The notes below the pieces were generated by a model that saw only the letters and a program-made list of their open reading frames with translations, made no database searches and was not told the DNA's origin. The position numbers were made by a program, and so were the translations under genes. 64,000 nucleotides of DNA from Dehalococcoidia bacterium (lineage in GTDB: Bacteria > Chloroflexota > Dehalococcoidia > UBA2979), in assembly GCA_963667465.2 (NCBI GenBank), contig CAXXDN010000002.1, positions 352,001 to 416,000 on the forward strand, written 5' to 3'. Shown here in pieces: positions 28,056-37,690 of this stretch; position 1 is the first letter of the stretch, and each line of letters begins with the position of its first letter.

Positions 28056-29231
28056 TCAACCCACCCCCCGCAAACACAGCAACCCTTCCAGCGACACCCC
28101 CTTCGCCTGCGCCAGCACGCGGATGCGCCCGAGGCCGGCGGGGTCGAGGAGGGTGTCGGCGGCGCGGCGGGCGGTGGTGTAGGCGGCGAGGTCGCCCGCG
28201 GCTCGGGAGCGGGCGGACTCGAGCTGCTCGCCGATGCCGAGGGCGATCAGCGCCTCGGACTGGGAGACGGAGGGGGCGGACTCGAAGCCGGCGTCCGCCG
28301 CGGCCGCGCCCAGCGAGGTGAGGTCGACGTGGGCGGTGAGGTCGGTGAGGCCGGGCCGGGCGAGCGGGTCCGGCTGCGGGCTGTGACGGCGGAACGCCAT
28401 CAGCGTGCCCATGCGCCGCCACGGCGCGTACAGCCGCTCCGCCTCGTAGCCGTAGTCGATCGTCAGCAGGTAGCCGCGATGGAAGCGCGAGGCGAGCGCT
28501 CGCATCGCCTCGATCGCCGCGGGCGAGAGCTCGGCGCGGCAACCGTCGCCGGGCTCGACGCCGAGCTGCGCGAAGTGCGCCGCGAGCGCGGGGTCGCTTG
28601 CCTCGCCGAGCGCGAGGCGCAGCGCGCCGCCCTCGCTCGTCACGTACCACTCGCGCAGCTCCTCGCCGCGGCGCTCGACGAGGTGGACGGGGAAGGCGTC
28701 GAACAGCTCGTTGCTAATCGCGACGCCCTCGAGGGGTTGGGGTTCGGCGAGCCAGTCGGCGAGCAGCGCGGTGCGCGCCTCGTGGCCGCGCGCGGCGAGG
28801 GCGGCCTGTTGCTCCTCGCCTCGCGCCGGGTGGCCGTCGAGGAGGGTGACGCGCGCGGCGGCGTGGCACTCGGGTGCGCGCGCCCGCAGCCAGTCGAGTA
28901 TTGCCGATGTGAAGGCGCCGGATCCCGCGCCCGGCTCCACGAGGTCGAAGGCGGCGGGTGAGCCGAGGCGTTCCCAGCACTCGGCGACCTGGCGCGCCCA
29001 GAGGTAGCCGAAGATCGGATGCACCTCGGGCGAGGTCTCGTAGTCGCCGTCGCGGCCCCAGGCGAGGCCGGGGCGGGCGTAGTAGCCGTGCTCCGGGTGG
29101 CTGAGGGCGAGCTCCATGAAGCGCGCGAAGGTGATCCACCCACTGGCGGCGATCTCCGCCTCGATCACCGCCGCGAGGGGTGTCGCGCCCTCGGCGAGGG
29201 CGAAGTCGTCGGCTGCGGGCTGCGTGCTCAC
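28056..29231 (-). CDS. MidA/NDUFAF7-family SAM-dependent methyltransferase
   Basis: ITFARFMELAL, GDYETSPE, EPGAGSG, SNELFDAFP, IDYG, DLTAHVD. Confidence 0.92.
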   Translation of the reverse strand: MSTQPAADDFALAEGATPLAAVIEAEIAASGWITFARFMELALSHPEHGYYARPGLAWGRDGDYETSPEVHPIFGYLWARQVAECWERLGSPAAFDLVEPGAGSGAFTSAILDWLRARAPECHAAARVTLLDGHPARGEEQQAALAARGHEARTALLADWLAEPQPLEGVAISNELFDAFPVHLVERRGEELREWYVTSEGGALRLALGEASDPALAAHFAQLGVEPGDGCRAELSPAAIEAMRALASRFHRGYLLTIDYGYEAERLYAPWRRMGTLMAFRRHSPQPDPLARPGLTDLTAHVDLTSLGAAAADAGFESAPSVSQSEALIALGIGEQLESARSRAAGDLAAYTTARRAADTLLDPAGLGRIRVLAQAKGVSLEGLLCLRGVG

Positions 29232-29275
29232 GACGCCATCGTAGCGGTGTGCGGGCGTGGGGGAACGGGGACTCG

Positions 29276-29833
29276 CTACTCGCTCGCGCTCTCGCCGCGG
29301 AGGCCCATCACCTGCACGGTGACGCTGCGCAGTTGCTCGCCCTCGAAGCGGCCGGGCGGGAAGTCGAGCTCGACGAGGAAGACGCTCTGCCAGACGCCGA
29401 GCCGCAGCTCTCCGTTCTGCACGGGCAGCGTTTCACTCGCGCCGATCAGCAGGTGCTGGCAGTGCGAGTGGCCGTTCTCCGGCTCGCCCTCCGGCACGTC
29501 GGTGCGGATCGTGAAGTCGTTGTGCTCGTAGTAGTCGTTGGCGGGGACGATACGGTCCAACACGCGGGCCATGTCGCGCAGCAGCAGCGGCTCGTGCTCC
29601 TGCACGGTCACGGCGGCCGTTGTGTGCGCCGATGCGATCAGCACCTGCCCGAAGGCGACGCCGGAGCGTTCGATGACCGCCCGCACGTCCGTGGTCACAT
29701 CGATGAACTCGCTGGAGTGCTGCGTGGCGTACTCGAAACGCTCGCTCACGATGACGAACTCGCTCGCCGGGGCGGTCGTTTCGGAGAGCAGTTCGCGCTT
29801 GAGCGCGCGCGAAGGGGGCGAGGATTGCGCCAT
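29276..29833 (-). CDS. yjbQ: YjbQ/UPF0047 family protein
   Basis: HTTAAV, YEHN, NGHSH, LGVWQSVFLVELD. Confidence 0.88.
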   Translation of the reverse strand: MAQSSPPSRALKRELLSETTAPASEFVIVSERFEYATQHSSEFIDVTTDVRAVIERSGVAFGQVLIASAHTTAAVTVQEHEPLLLRDMARVLDRIVPANDYYEHNDFTIRTDVPEGEPENGHSHCQHLLIGASETLPVQNGELRLGVWQSVFLVELDFPPGRFEGEQLRSVTVQVMGLRGESASE

Positions 29834-29862
29834 TGCCGCCTCGATCCGTCCCGCGCGACCGC

Positions 29863-30723
29863 TCAGGCCGTCTCGGCCGCGAGGTGACGCCGCAGCGAGC
29901 GTACGGCCTCGGTGATTGTCGCGGCGTCCGGCGCTTCCGGCCGGAAGCGCACGTAGGCCTCGAGGTCCGGCAGCGCGGCGGCGTAGTTGCCGGCGCGCTC
30001 CTGCAGGCGGCCGCGGTCCCGCAGCTCGTCGAGGTCCCAGGGCGCGAGCGTGAGCAGCAGCTCGATCGCGCGTTCCGCCTGCGCCTCGTCGCCGCGCTGG
30101 AGCGCCCGGCCCTTGAGGTTGTGCAGGAGCCGCTGCAGCACCTGCCGAGGCGTGAGCGGGTCCAGGAAGTGGTCGCGGAAGGGCGTGCGGGCGCCGTAGA
30201 TGGAGCGCACGATCTGCTGCAACTGCTCCACCGAGCGCCGGGCGCCGCCGCGGAAGACGTCGCTGAACAGCGGCTCGCCGTCCTCGATCTCGAGGCGGGT
30301 CACCACGTGGCCCGGCAGCCCGACCGCGCGCAACTCCAGCCCGGCGCGCTGGCAGACAGCGACGGCGAGGATGGCGAGCGAGACGGGGATGCCCGTGCGC
30401 CGTTCGATCACCTCGTGCAGCAGCAGGTTGCGGGGGTCGGCGTAGTGGTCCTCGTTGCCCTGGAAGCCGAGCTCGTTGAAGAGCAGGTCGGTGGCGGCGT
30501 CCAGGCGCTCCTCGGGGCCGCCAGCGGGGAGTACGCGCGCCGCCAGCTCGCGGCCCCACTCGTCGAGCTGGGCCTCGTAGCGGTCGACGTCGAGGCCGGG
30601 CGCCTCGGCCTGGGCGATGAGCAGGGCGGCGCGCGCCAGCGGCGTCTCCTCGGGGCGGCCGGCGACAGTGACGCGGAAACGCTCGAGCAGGTCGGAGAAG
30701 TGGTCGCTCAGCGGGGAGGTCAT
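29863..30723 (-). CDS. SirB1-like transglutaminase-domain + TPR protein
   Basis: FQGN..Y.DPRN, RRTGIPVSL, GLPGH, RLLHNLK, ELRDRG. Confidence 0.88.
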   Translation of the reverse strand: MTSPLSDHFSDLLERFRVTVAGRPEETPLARAALLIAQAEAPGLDVDRYEAQLDEWGRELAARVLPAGGPEERLDAATDLLFNELGFQGNEDHYADPRNLLLHEVIERRTGIPVSLAILAVAVCQRAGLELRAVGLPGHVVTRLEIEDGEPLFSDVFRGGARRSVEQLQQIVRSIYGARTPFRDHFLDPLTPRQVLQRLLHNLKGRALQRGDEAQAERAIELLLTLAPWDLDELRDRGRLQERAGNYAAALPDLEAYVRFRPEAPDAATITEAVRSLRRHLAAETA

Positions 30724-31280
30724 GCGATCGCGACTCCCTCGACGCGCCAGAGCTTGACGAAGAGCAGGGAGACGAGGGCAGCGACGCCGACCATCGGCGT
30801 CTGCGGCGCCTCCAGCACGTAGGCGATCGGGATCACGGAGAGCAGACCGGTGAGCCCGCCGAGCCGCCGCGACCCGCCGACCCGCCAGACGATGAACGCG
30901 ACGGCGCTGGCGAGCAGGCCGGGAGCAGGCAGCAGTACGAGAATCGCGCCGACCGTCGGCCCGGTGCCGTTACCACCGTGCAGCCGCAGGAAGATCGGCC
31001 AGAGGTGGCCGACGACCGCGACGAGGCCGGCGAGCACGGCTTCGACCTCGCCGAGACCGACGGCGTAGGCGAGGGCGACGGCGGCAGCGCCCTTGCCGAT
31101 GTCCAGGGCGCCGACGAGCACCGAGGTCTTGAAGCCGACGTGGTCGCGCACGTTCATCGTGCCGGGGTTGCCGCTGCCGATGCGGCGGATGTCCTCGCCG
31201 GTCAGGCGGCGAACGACGAGGTAGGCACTCGGCACGGAGCCGAGGAGGTAGGCGGCGCCCAGAATGAGCGCGAGTTGCAT
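30720..31280 (-). CDS. plsY: Glycerol-3-phosphate acyltransferase
   Basis: YLLGSVP, GSGNPGTMN, DIGKG, GHLWP, GGNG. Confidence 0.88.
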   Translation of the reverse strand: MQLALILGAAYLLGSVPSAYLVVRRLTGEDIRRIGSGNPGTMNVRDHVGFKTSVLVGALDIGKGAAAVALAYAVGLGEVEAVLAGLVAVVGHLWPIFLRLHGGNGTGPTVGAILVLLPAPGLLASAVAFIVWRVGGSRRLGGLTGLLSVIPIAYVLEAPQTPMVGVAALVSLLFVKLWRVEGVAIA

Positions 31281-31366
31281 TAGGTGCCCTCCGGGCCGGT
31301 CCCCCAGGCTGAGAGTACCGAGGCGGGGTGGGGGCGAGCAAGCGCCGGACGCTGCTCACCCCCGCG

Positions 31367-31777
31367 CTACGGCGCGGGGGGGTCGATCGGGCGGCGGCCG
31401 GCGAAGCCGCTCTCGCGCGGGTGCCACCAGGCGATGTCCGCCTCGCCCGCCTGCCAGCACCAGTAGGCAGGCCGGCCCTCGAGCGTCGTCGGGAAGTCGA
31501 GCAGGCCCTGTTCGAGGCCCTTCAGCTCCGCGCCCGTGGCCGTGACCTCGGCGATCAATCGCCGGGCGCGCTCGCCGAGGACCGCGAGGCGCTCCGCCAG
31601 CTCGCGCTCGTGCGCGCCGTGCGCGCGACCGTTGCCGCGGCTCCGCTCACGGCTCCGGGAGAGTTCGTGCGAGAGCGAGTCGATGTTGCCCTGCACCTCG
31701 CGCAGCGCCTCGAACGGCGCTCGCGCGGCGGCCAGCGCCTCGCGCGCTTCCTCCAGCGTGAACTCGTGCTCGGCCAT
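31367..31777 (-). CDS. DUF2203 family protein
   Basis: FTLEEA, GLLDFP, WCWQAGE, WWH, GFAGRRPI. Confidence 0.85.
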   Translation of the reverse strand: MAEHEFTLEEAREALAAARAPFEALREVQGNIDSLSHELSRSRERSRGNGRAHGAHERELAERLAVLGERARRLIAEVTATGAELKGLEQGLLDFPTTLEGRPAYWCWQAGEADIAWWHPRESGFAGRRPIDPPAP

Positions 31778-31818
31778 GCGTCGCCTCCGAGCCGGTCAGG
31801 CGGTTCCGAGGGAGCGGG

Positions 31819-32277
31819 TCACTCCTCGAACGGCGTGAAGCCCTCATCCGGCGGGGGATCGGGCGGCCGCGGCGCGCTCCCGCGTCCCGCCTCGGCGTCC
31901 GCCGGGTAGTCCTCGATCACCGTCGCCGGCTGAGGTTCCTGCGAGGTCGCGAAGCCGGCGCGCTCAAGGGCCTCGCTGAGGCTGCCGCCCAGCGCCGTCA
32001 CCAGGAAGTTGACGGCGAAGGCCGCGGCCCAGGGCGGGATGCCGAGGAAGGACCAGGGGCGGTGCCCCACTCGCGTCGCCGCCACCAGGCCGGGAACGAG
32101 CTCCTGCGCCGTCGGCTGGGCAAGCGCGACCTCGAGGACGGCCTCGGGGCCTTCGTCCATCAGGTCCGGCTCGCCTTCCTCGGAGCGGCGGCGCTGCTCT
32201 GCGAAGGCGCGCCCGGCCGCGGCGCCGAGCAGAGCGAAGATCAAGGTCAGCACGACCGAACGCAGCCATCCGAGCAT
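31819..32277 (-). CDS. Hypothetical membrane protein
   Basis: N-terminal and central hydrophobic segments; fits the minus-strand gene run. Confidence 0.65.
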   Translation of the reverse strand: MLGWLRSVVLTLIFALLGAAAGRAFAEQRRRSEEGEPDLMDEGPEAVLEVALAQPTAQELVPGLVAATRVGHRPWSFLGIPPWAAAFAVNFLVTALGGSLSEALERAGFATSQEPQPATVIEDYPADAEAGRGSAPRPPDPPPDEGFTPFEE

Positions 32278-32431
32278 TGCCGGTCTCCCGTCGCGGCCGA
32301 GCCGTACGGCGCTTCGCGCAGCCCTTGGTGGCGGGCTGCGCTAAGGTCTCAGAACGGTACGCGCGCGCGGCGGACGCGGTCAACGATCGCACGGCTCTGA
32401 TGCACCGTGGCACGCCCGGAGAAAGGCGCCG

Positions 32432-33796
32432 ATGTCGGCCGGTCCTCGACGCTCGCGGCCGGCTGACGCCCGCGCGGCCCAGGCCGGCGGCCTCGGGTTG
32501 CTGCGTTCCGGGCGCTGGTTCTACGGCTGGACCATCGTCGGCGTCGCCTTCCTCGCGACGTTCGCGCACGTCGGGTACCTCAACTCGGTGCTCGGTATCT
32601 TCCAGCCGGCGCTGCACGAGGAGTTCGGCTGGAGCCGCGCGGAGGTCGCCGGTGCGCTGACCATCGGCAGCCTCGCCGGAGGCGTGCTGTCCCCGTTCTT
32701 CGGCGTGGTCATCGATCGCTACGGTGCGCGCTGGATGATCGCCGGTCCGGCGGTGGCGCTGGCGGTGGGGTGCCTGCTGCTCGCCGAGCTGCGCGAGCTG
32801 TGGCAGTTCTACCTGCTCTTCGCGGCCGGCCGCGCGCTGGCGATCTCCGCGATGATGGCCGCGGCCGTCGTCGCGGTCTCCAACTGGTTCATCCGCCGCC
32901 GGCCACTCGCGATCGCGATCGGCACCCTCGGGATGCGCGTCGGGAACGCGGTGATCCCGCTGATCGTCGCGCTCGTGATCGCGGCGCGCGGCTGGCCGGA
33001 CGGCTTCCGTACGCTTGGCGTCTTCTTCCTCGTGTTCGGGATCGTCCCGGCGCTGCTGCTGATGCGCCGCCGGCCCGAGGACATGGGCCTGCGCCCCGAC
33101 GGCGATCCTCCGGCCACGCCTGAGGAGCGCCGGGCGGCTGCGCTGCTCGACCCCTTCTGGACGCTGGGCGCCGCGGTCCGCACCCGCGCCTACTGGCTGG
33201 TCGGCGCCGCCTTTGCCCTCGCGATCTTCGGGAACGGCGCGATCAACTTCCACCAGATCCCGCACCTTGTCGATCGAGGGCTCTCGACGACCCAGGCGGC
33301 GCTGATCCTGACCGTGATGTCGATCGCCGGCGCCGGCGGGGGGCTGCTCGGCGGCGTGGTCGCCTCGCGGGTGCGCTCGCGCTGGACCATGGCCGTTGCG
33401 CTGGTGTTCCAGAGCAGCGGGGTGCTGCTGCTGCTCGCGGTCCACAGCTTCGGCATGGCGATCCTCTACGCCCTCTGGTACGGGTTTTTCTTCGGCGTGA
33501 TGGTGACGCAGCTGCAGGTGGTCTACGCGGAGTACTTCGGGAGGCTGCAACTCGGCCTGATCCGCGGCTCGTTCCAGCCGGTTGCGCTTGGCTTCAATGC
33601 CGCCGGGCCGCTCGTCCTCGGAATCTGGTTCGACCGGGCCGGCGGCTACGAGGGTCCATTCGCGCTGATCATCGCATTCTTCCTCATGGCCGCTCTCGCG
33701 CTGTCCGCCGCGCGCTACCCCACACCGCCGGAGGCAGGCGCGAGGCCGGCGGCCGGGCCGCCATCGCAAGGCCGGCCTACGAGCAGAGCTCGCTGA
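32432..33796 (+). CDS. MFS transporter
   Basis: FYGW, EFGWSR, VIDRYGAR, about 12 hydrophobic segments. Confidence 0.9.
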   Translation: MSAGPRRSRPADARAAQAGGLGLLRSGRWFYGWTIVGVAFLATFAHVGYLNSVLGIFQPALHEEFGWSRAEVAGALTIGSLAGGVLSPFFGVVIDRYGARWMIAGPAVALAVGCLLLAELRELWQFYLLFAAGRALAISAMMAAAVVAVSNWFIRRRPLAIAIGTLGMRVGNAVIPLIVALVIAARGWPDGFRTLGVFFLVFGIVPALLLMRRRPEDMGLRPDGDPPATPEERRAAALLDPFWTLGAAVRTRAYWLVGAAFALAIFGNGAINFHQIPHLVDRGLSTTQAALILTVMSIAGAGGGLLGGVVASRVRSRWTMAVALVFQSSGVLLLLAVHSFGMAILYALWYGFFFGVMVTQLQVVYAEYFGRLQLGLIRGSFQPVALGFNAAGPLVLGIWFDRAGGYEGPFALIIAFFLMAALALSAARYPTPPEAGARPAAGPPSQGRPTSRAR

Positions 33797-35144
33797 TCAT
33801 GTGCTCGGGGTTATGTGGCCCGTAGTTCCAGATCGCGTTGAAGCGTGCCTCCTGGGCCCGCAGGAACTGCTCGATCGCCGAGCAGATCAGACCCGGCGCG
33901 GTAGCCGTCCGCAGGCCCTCGCGATAGATCGCCGCGACCTGCCCGTGCAGCGTCCGGCCAAGGTTGTCTGCCGCCTGATCGAGCAGCGCACCCGTGCCCG
34001 CCTCGTCCCGCAGGCGCTGCGCCGCGAGGGCCGCACGGAACAGCGCGTAGGCGGAAAGCTCCGCCCGGCTTGAGGCGCGCCCCTGCTCGACGCGCCAGTC
34101 GACGAGGGACGTGTCCGCTGCCGCCGACTGGTAGAGAGCGCGCGCCCGCGCGTAGTCACCGCTCCGGAACGCCGTGTCGGCGTCTACGATCGCGTGGAAC
34201 AGGTAGCGGGGCGCGTCCGTCGTGCCCTCGGTGATGAACCCGGCCTCGGTCCAGGTCAGCGCGAGATTCGAGGTGCGGACGGGTCCCGCGGAGGAGTCAG
34301 CCACGGTTTCGTTCTCGATGAGCAGCCGCGTCGCCCCGGCTCCGCCCGCGGTTCCGCCGGAGGTCTCGACGCGCACCCCGGCGGTGGCGCTGACCTCCAC
34401 GCCCGCGGGCATCAGGTCTTCGAGGTTGCCGCGGTGGTTGCTGATGATCAGCAGCCGCCTGTCGCAGGCGGCGTCGTCGCAGCGCAGGGTCGAGATCACC
34501 AGGTCCGGGAAGCGATCGCCGGTGAGGTCGGCGATGGACTCGATGGTCACGCCCTCGAGGGTCGCGTTGACCAGCACGCGCGCAGAGGAGAACAGCCGGA
34601 AGTCCTCTTCGCTGCTCTCGTAGAACCAGACGTCACCGCCGCCGTCGGCGAGGGTGAGGGCGAAGACGAACTCGCTCGCGCCGTCTCCGTCGAAGTCGGC
34701 AAAGAGGCAGCGCTCGCCGCTGGTGGGAGCGAGGCCCCATGCGGAGACGAGGTCCGGCAGACAGCCGGGCAGGTTCGCCTCGCCGGTCAGGAGGTGGTCA
34801 CGGAGCAGCAGCGCGCTCGCGAGCGGCTCGTCGGGCTTCGGCGGCGGCTCGGGGGGCTCGTCTCGCGTGGCCGTCTGGGTCGGCGTCGGTGTCGCCGTGC
34901 CCTCGAGGACGGTGGGGGTGGGCGTTGCGGTGACGATGATCGACGGCCCGCTGTCGTCGCGCACCGGCGTCTCGTCTGGCGCGGGCGTCGGTGTGAGTGC
35001 GATGACGCGCACGTCGCCGCCGTCGCCACAGCCTGCGGTGAGCAGGGCGAGCGTCGCGAGGACGGCCGCCAGCGCGGCCGCGGGTCCGCCGAATCGGCTT
35101 GCGTCAGGGCGTGGGGTCCACCTGTTGATGATTTCAAAAATCAA
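33777..35144 (-). CDS. Putative lipoprotein with Pro/Thr linker, FG-GAP-like motifs and TPR-like C-terminus (start uncertain)
   Basis: Hydrophobic stretch ending LTAGC (lipobox); TPTP repeats; ADFDGDG and ADLTGD motifs. Confidence 0.65.
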   Translation of the reverse strand: MIFEIINRWTPRPDASRFGGPAAALAAVLATLALLTAGCGDGGDVRVIALTPTPAPDETPVRDDSGPSIIVTATPTPTVLEGTATPTPTQTATRDEPPEPPPKPDEPLASALLLRDHLLTGEANLPGCLPDLVSAWGLAPTSGERCLFADFDGDGASEFVFALTLADGGGDVWFYESSEEDFRLFSSARVLVNATLEGVTIESIADLTGDRFPDLVISTLRCDDAACDRRLLIISNHRGNLEDLMPAGVEVSATAGVRVETSGGTAGGAGATRLLIENETVADSSAGPVRTSNLALTWTEAGFITEGTTDAPRYLFHAIVDADTAFRSGDYARARALYQSAAADTSLVDWRVEQGRASSRAELSAYALFRAALAAQRLRDEAGTGALLDQAADNLGRTLHGQVAAIYREGLRTATAPGLICSAIEQFLRAQEARFNAIWNYGPHNPEHMISELCS

Positions 35145-35261
35145 ATTGAAAACCCGTGTTGACTTTTTAGCCGATCCCTGCTTGAATGCCCGCTACGGCC
35201 CCAAATCGGCAGTCCCTCACGTGCTGTCGGCTGCGGGCGTAAGGGTGGGGAGACTCCAACA

Positions 35262-35957
35262 ATGGGGGAGATCGACACCAGGGAGCACGGACGCAAACTC
35301 GCGGCCGAGTTCATTGGTGCCTTCGCGCTCATCTTCATTGGAGCGGGCGCCATCATCCAGACCGGCGGGGGCAACCTCATCGCCATCGCCGTCGCGCACG
35401 GTCTCGCCATCGCGCTGCTTCTCTCCTCGCTTGGCCACATCTCCGGTGGCTTCTTCAATCCTGCGCTGACGATCGGCCTGTGGGCCACCCGCCGCCTTGA
35501 TACGGTCACGGCTGTCGCGTACATCATCGCGCAGTTGCTTGGCGCCGTCGCGGCCGCGCTGGCGCTGGTGCTGCTCTTCCCCGAGGCACTGCGTGACGCC
35601 GTGGCCCTTGGCACGCCGTTGCTCGGGCGCGGCACCGACTTTGCCCAGGGCGTCATCCTTGAGGCGATCGCAACCTTCTTCCTGATGCTGGCCGTGTTCG
35701 GCACCGCGCTCGACCCGCGCGGCCCGAAGCTCGGCGGCTTCGGCATCGGGCTGATTCTCACCATGGGCATCCTCGCGATCGGCACCCTGACCGGCGCCGC
35801 GATGAACCCCGCGCGCACCTTCGGTCCAGCCCTCGTGGGCGGCGAGTGGGCAGACCACCTCGTCTACTGGATTGGCCCGATCATCGGCGCGGTCGTTGCC
35901 GCGCTGGTCTACCACTACCTCTTCGCCGGGGAGGAGATGGAGATGAGCGATGCCTAG
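35262..35957 (+). CDS. MIP-family channel (aquaporin)
   Basis: AEF, HISGGFFNPA, LEA, AMNPARTFGP. Confidence 0.95.
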   Translation: MGEIDTREHGRKLAAEFIGAFALIFIGAGAIIQTGGGNLIAIAVAHGLAIALLLSSLGHISGGFFNPALTIGLWATRRLDTVTAVAYIIAQLLGAVAAALALVLLFPEALRDAVALGTPLLGRGTDFAQGVILEAIATFFLMLAVFGTALDPRGPKLGGFGIGLILTMGILAIGTLTGAAMNPARTFGPALVGGEWADHLVYWIGPIIGAVVAALVYHYLFAGEEMEMSDA

Positions 35958-36104
35958 ACCTTGCAGGTTCCGGAGCGGAGTGCGCGCCACTCCCCTACGG
36001 GACGAGCGCCGGGCGGGAAGGGTTCCCGCCTGACGCAGCACCTTCCTTAGCAGCCAACATCTGCCGCGAAACCAATCACCCCCGCCGCACGGCAGATGCT
36101 GGTG

Positions 36105-36132
36105 AGAGGGCGGGCCTCCGGGCCCGCCCTCT
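36105..36132. terminator. GC hairpin between convergent aquaporin and dut
   Basis: AGAGGGCGGGCC-TCCG-GGCCCGCCCTCT; no clear U-tract. Confidence 0.5.
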
Positions 36133-36163
36133 GCCTTGTCCGGCGATCGAACGATTGAGTGCC

Positions 36164-36622
36164 TCAGCGCCCCGTGCTGCCGTGGCCTCCCTCGCCGCGC
36201 TCGGTCGCGTCGAGGTCCTCGACCACCTCGAACGCCGCCGGCGCGAGCCGGCCGACGACGAGCTGCGCGATGCGCTCGCCGTCCTCGATCACGTAGCGAC
36301 CGTCCTCGCCGGCGCCGGGCAGGCAGTACATCGTCACGAACAGCTCGCCGCGGTAGTCGGCGTCCAGGGTGCCGAGCACTGCCAGCACCCCTCGTGAGGC
36401 GAGGCCGGAGCGCGGCCGGAGCTGCACGTCCAGCCCCTCGGGCGCGGCCACGGCGATGCCCGTCGGCACGAGCACGGGCGACGTTCCCAGCTCGATCGCG
36501 CCGCTCTCGAGGCAGGCGTGCAGGTCAAACCCGCTGGCGAGCGCGCTCTGTCGCTGCGGCAGCCGTGCGCCGGGGCGCAGCAGTTGCACCTGCAGGACCG
36601 TGGAGTCGGGAGTCGTACTCAT
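36164..36622 (-). CDS. dut: dUTP diphosphatase
   Basis: SGFDL, VPTG, RPRSG, GTLDADYRGE, RIAQL, RGEGGHGSTG. Confidence 0.95.
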   Translation of the reverse strand: MSTTPDSTVLQVQLLRPGARLPQRQSALASGFDLHACLESGAIELGTSPVLVPTGIAVAAPEGLDVQLRPRSGLASRGVLAVLGTLDADYRGELFVTMYCLPGAGEDGRYVIEDGERIAQLVVGRLAPAAFEVVEDLDATERGEGGHGSTGR

Positions 36623-36643
36623 TGCGCCGGGCCGAGGCGGGCG

Positions 36644-37165
36644 CTAGCCGGCGGTCGTGGCCTTTCGCTCCTGTGCGCGTGCGATGCCGCGGCCCTTCTT
36701 GGGGGTGAGCACCTCGACCGGGTAGACGTCCCGCTTGAGCATCTCGCGCGGCGGGTCGATGTAGATCGAGCCCCAGCCGCAGGCCTGCTCGCAGAGGCGG
36801 CAGCCGACGCACTTCTTGTCGTCGACGACGGCCACGCCGTAGAAGTCGTGGCTGTTCGGCGCATCCGTCAGCGAGAGCGCGTCAAACGGGCAGATGTGGA
36901 TGCACAGCTCGCAGCCGGAGCCGATGCAGTTGTCATCGATCACCTTCGCCAGCGGCAACTCGCGGCGCGGGAACGTGCGGCACTGGTCGCCGAGTTCATC
37001 GAGGATCGACTCGGGCGGGCAGACCGCGCCGCAGGCGCCGCAGTCGATACAGAGGTCCGGGTCGATCACGTGCAGCTCGTCGCGCACGCCGGTGATCGCG
37101 TTGACCGGGCACTTCTTGACGCAGGCCGTGCAGCCGATGCACGTCTCGATGATGGAATACGCCAA
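36644..37165 (-). CDS. Polyferredoxin with four 4Fe-4S motifs
   Basis: CIGCTACVKKCP, CIDCGACGAVCP, CIGSGCELCIHICP, CVGCRLCEQAC. Confidence 0.9.
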   Translation of the reverse strand: MAYSIIETCIGCTACVKKCPVNAITGVRDELHVIDPDLCIDCGACGAVCPPESILDELGDQCRTFPRRELPLAKVIDDNCIGSGCELCIHICPFDALSLTDAPNSHDFYGVAVVDDKKCVGCRLCEQACGWGSIYIDPPREMLKRDVYPVEVLTPKKGRGIARAQERKATTAG

Positions 37166-37339
37166 CGCTGCCTCCCGTCGGGGCGCCGCTCGCCGGACCT
37201 TGCGGCGAATCTACCACGCCCGGCGGCACAGGGCGACGCCTCGACTGGTATTCGATCGCCCAACGCGCGTTTCGAGAGGCTCGAGGGCGCCGCGGGAGCC
37301 GCGCTGGAGCGGGGCCGGCGCCGCTGGTACGATGACTCC

Positions 37340-37690
37340 ATGATGCGCCGCCTCCGGATCCACCCTCGCCGCCTGCTCACCGCGCCACGCCTGCGCGTCT
37401 CCTCCGGGGACGAGCGGCGCAGCGTACTGGCGATCGACGGCCTGGTCTGCGGCGTCTGCGCAAGCCGCACGGAGCGCGCCCTGCGAAGTGTTCCCGGTGT
37501 CGAGCGCGCAAGCGTCGACCTCGCGAGCGGATGCGCGACGATCGAGCACGGCGAAGCGGCCCCCGACCTCGCGCAACTCGCCGACGCGGTCGACGGGGTC
37601 GTCATCGCGCGCCCGTGGCGCGTGAGGATCGAGGCCTGGACGGCGGGCCTCGGCGCTTGGGGCCGCCGCCTTGTGCGGGGGAGCGGCTGA
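37340..37690 (+). CDS. Heavy-metal-associated (HMA) domain protein
   Basis: IDGLVCGVCASRTERALRSVPGV. Confidence 0.75.
   Translation: MMRRLRIHPRRLLTAPRLRVSSGDERRSVLAIDGLVCGVCASRTERALRSVPGVERASVDLASGCATIEHGEAAPDLAQLADAVDGVVIARPWRVRIEAWTAGLGAWGRRLVRGSG

Noticed and set aside
28044-28057. AGAAC-AATCC-GTTC upstream of the ImmA cassette as a third LexA box
   Set aside because: The spacer is 5 nt rather than 4; it could be an operator for the XRE protein, but this cannot be supported.
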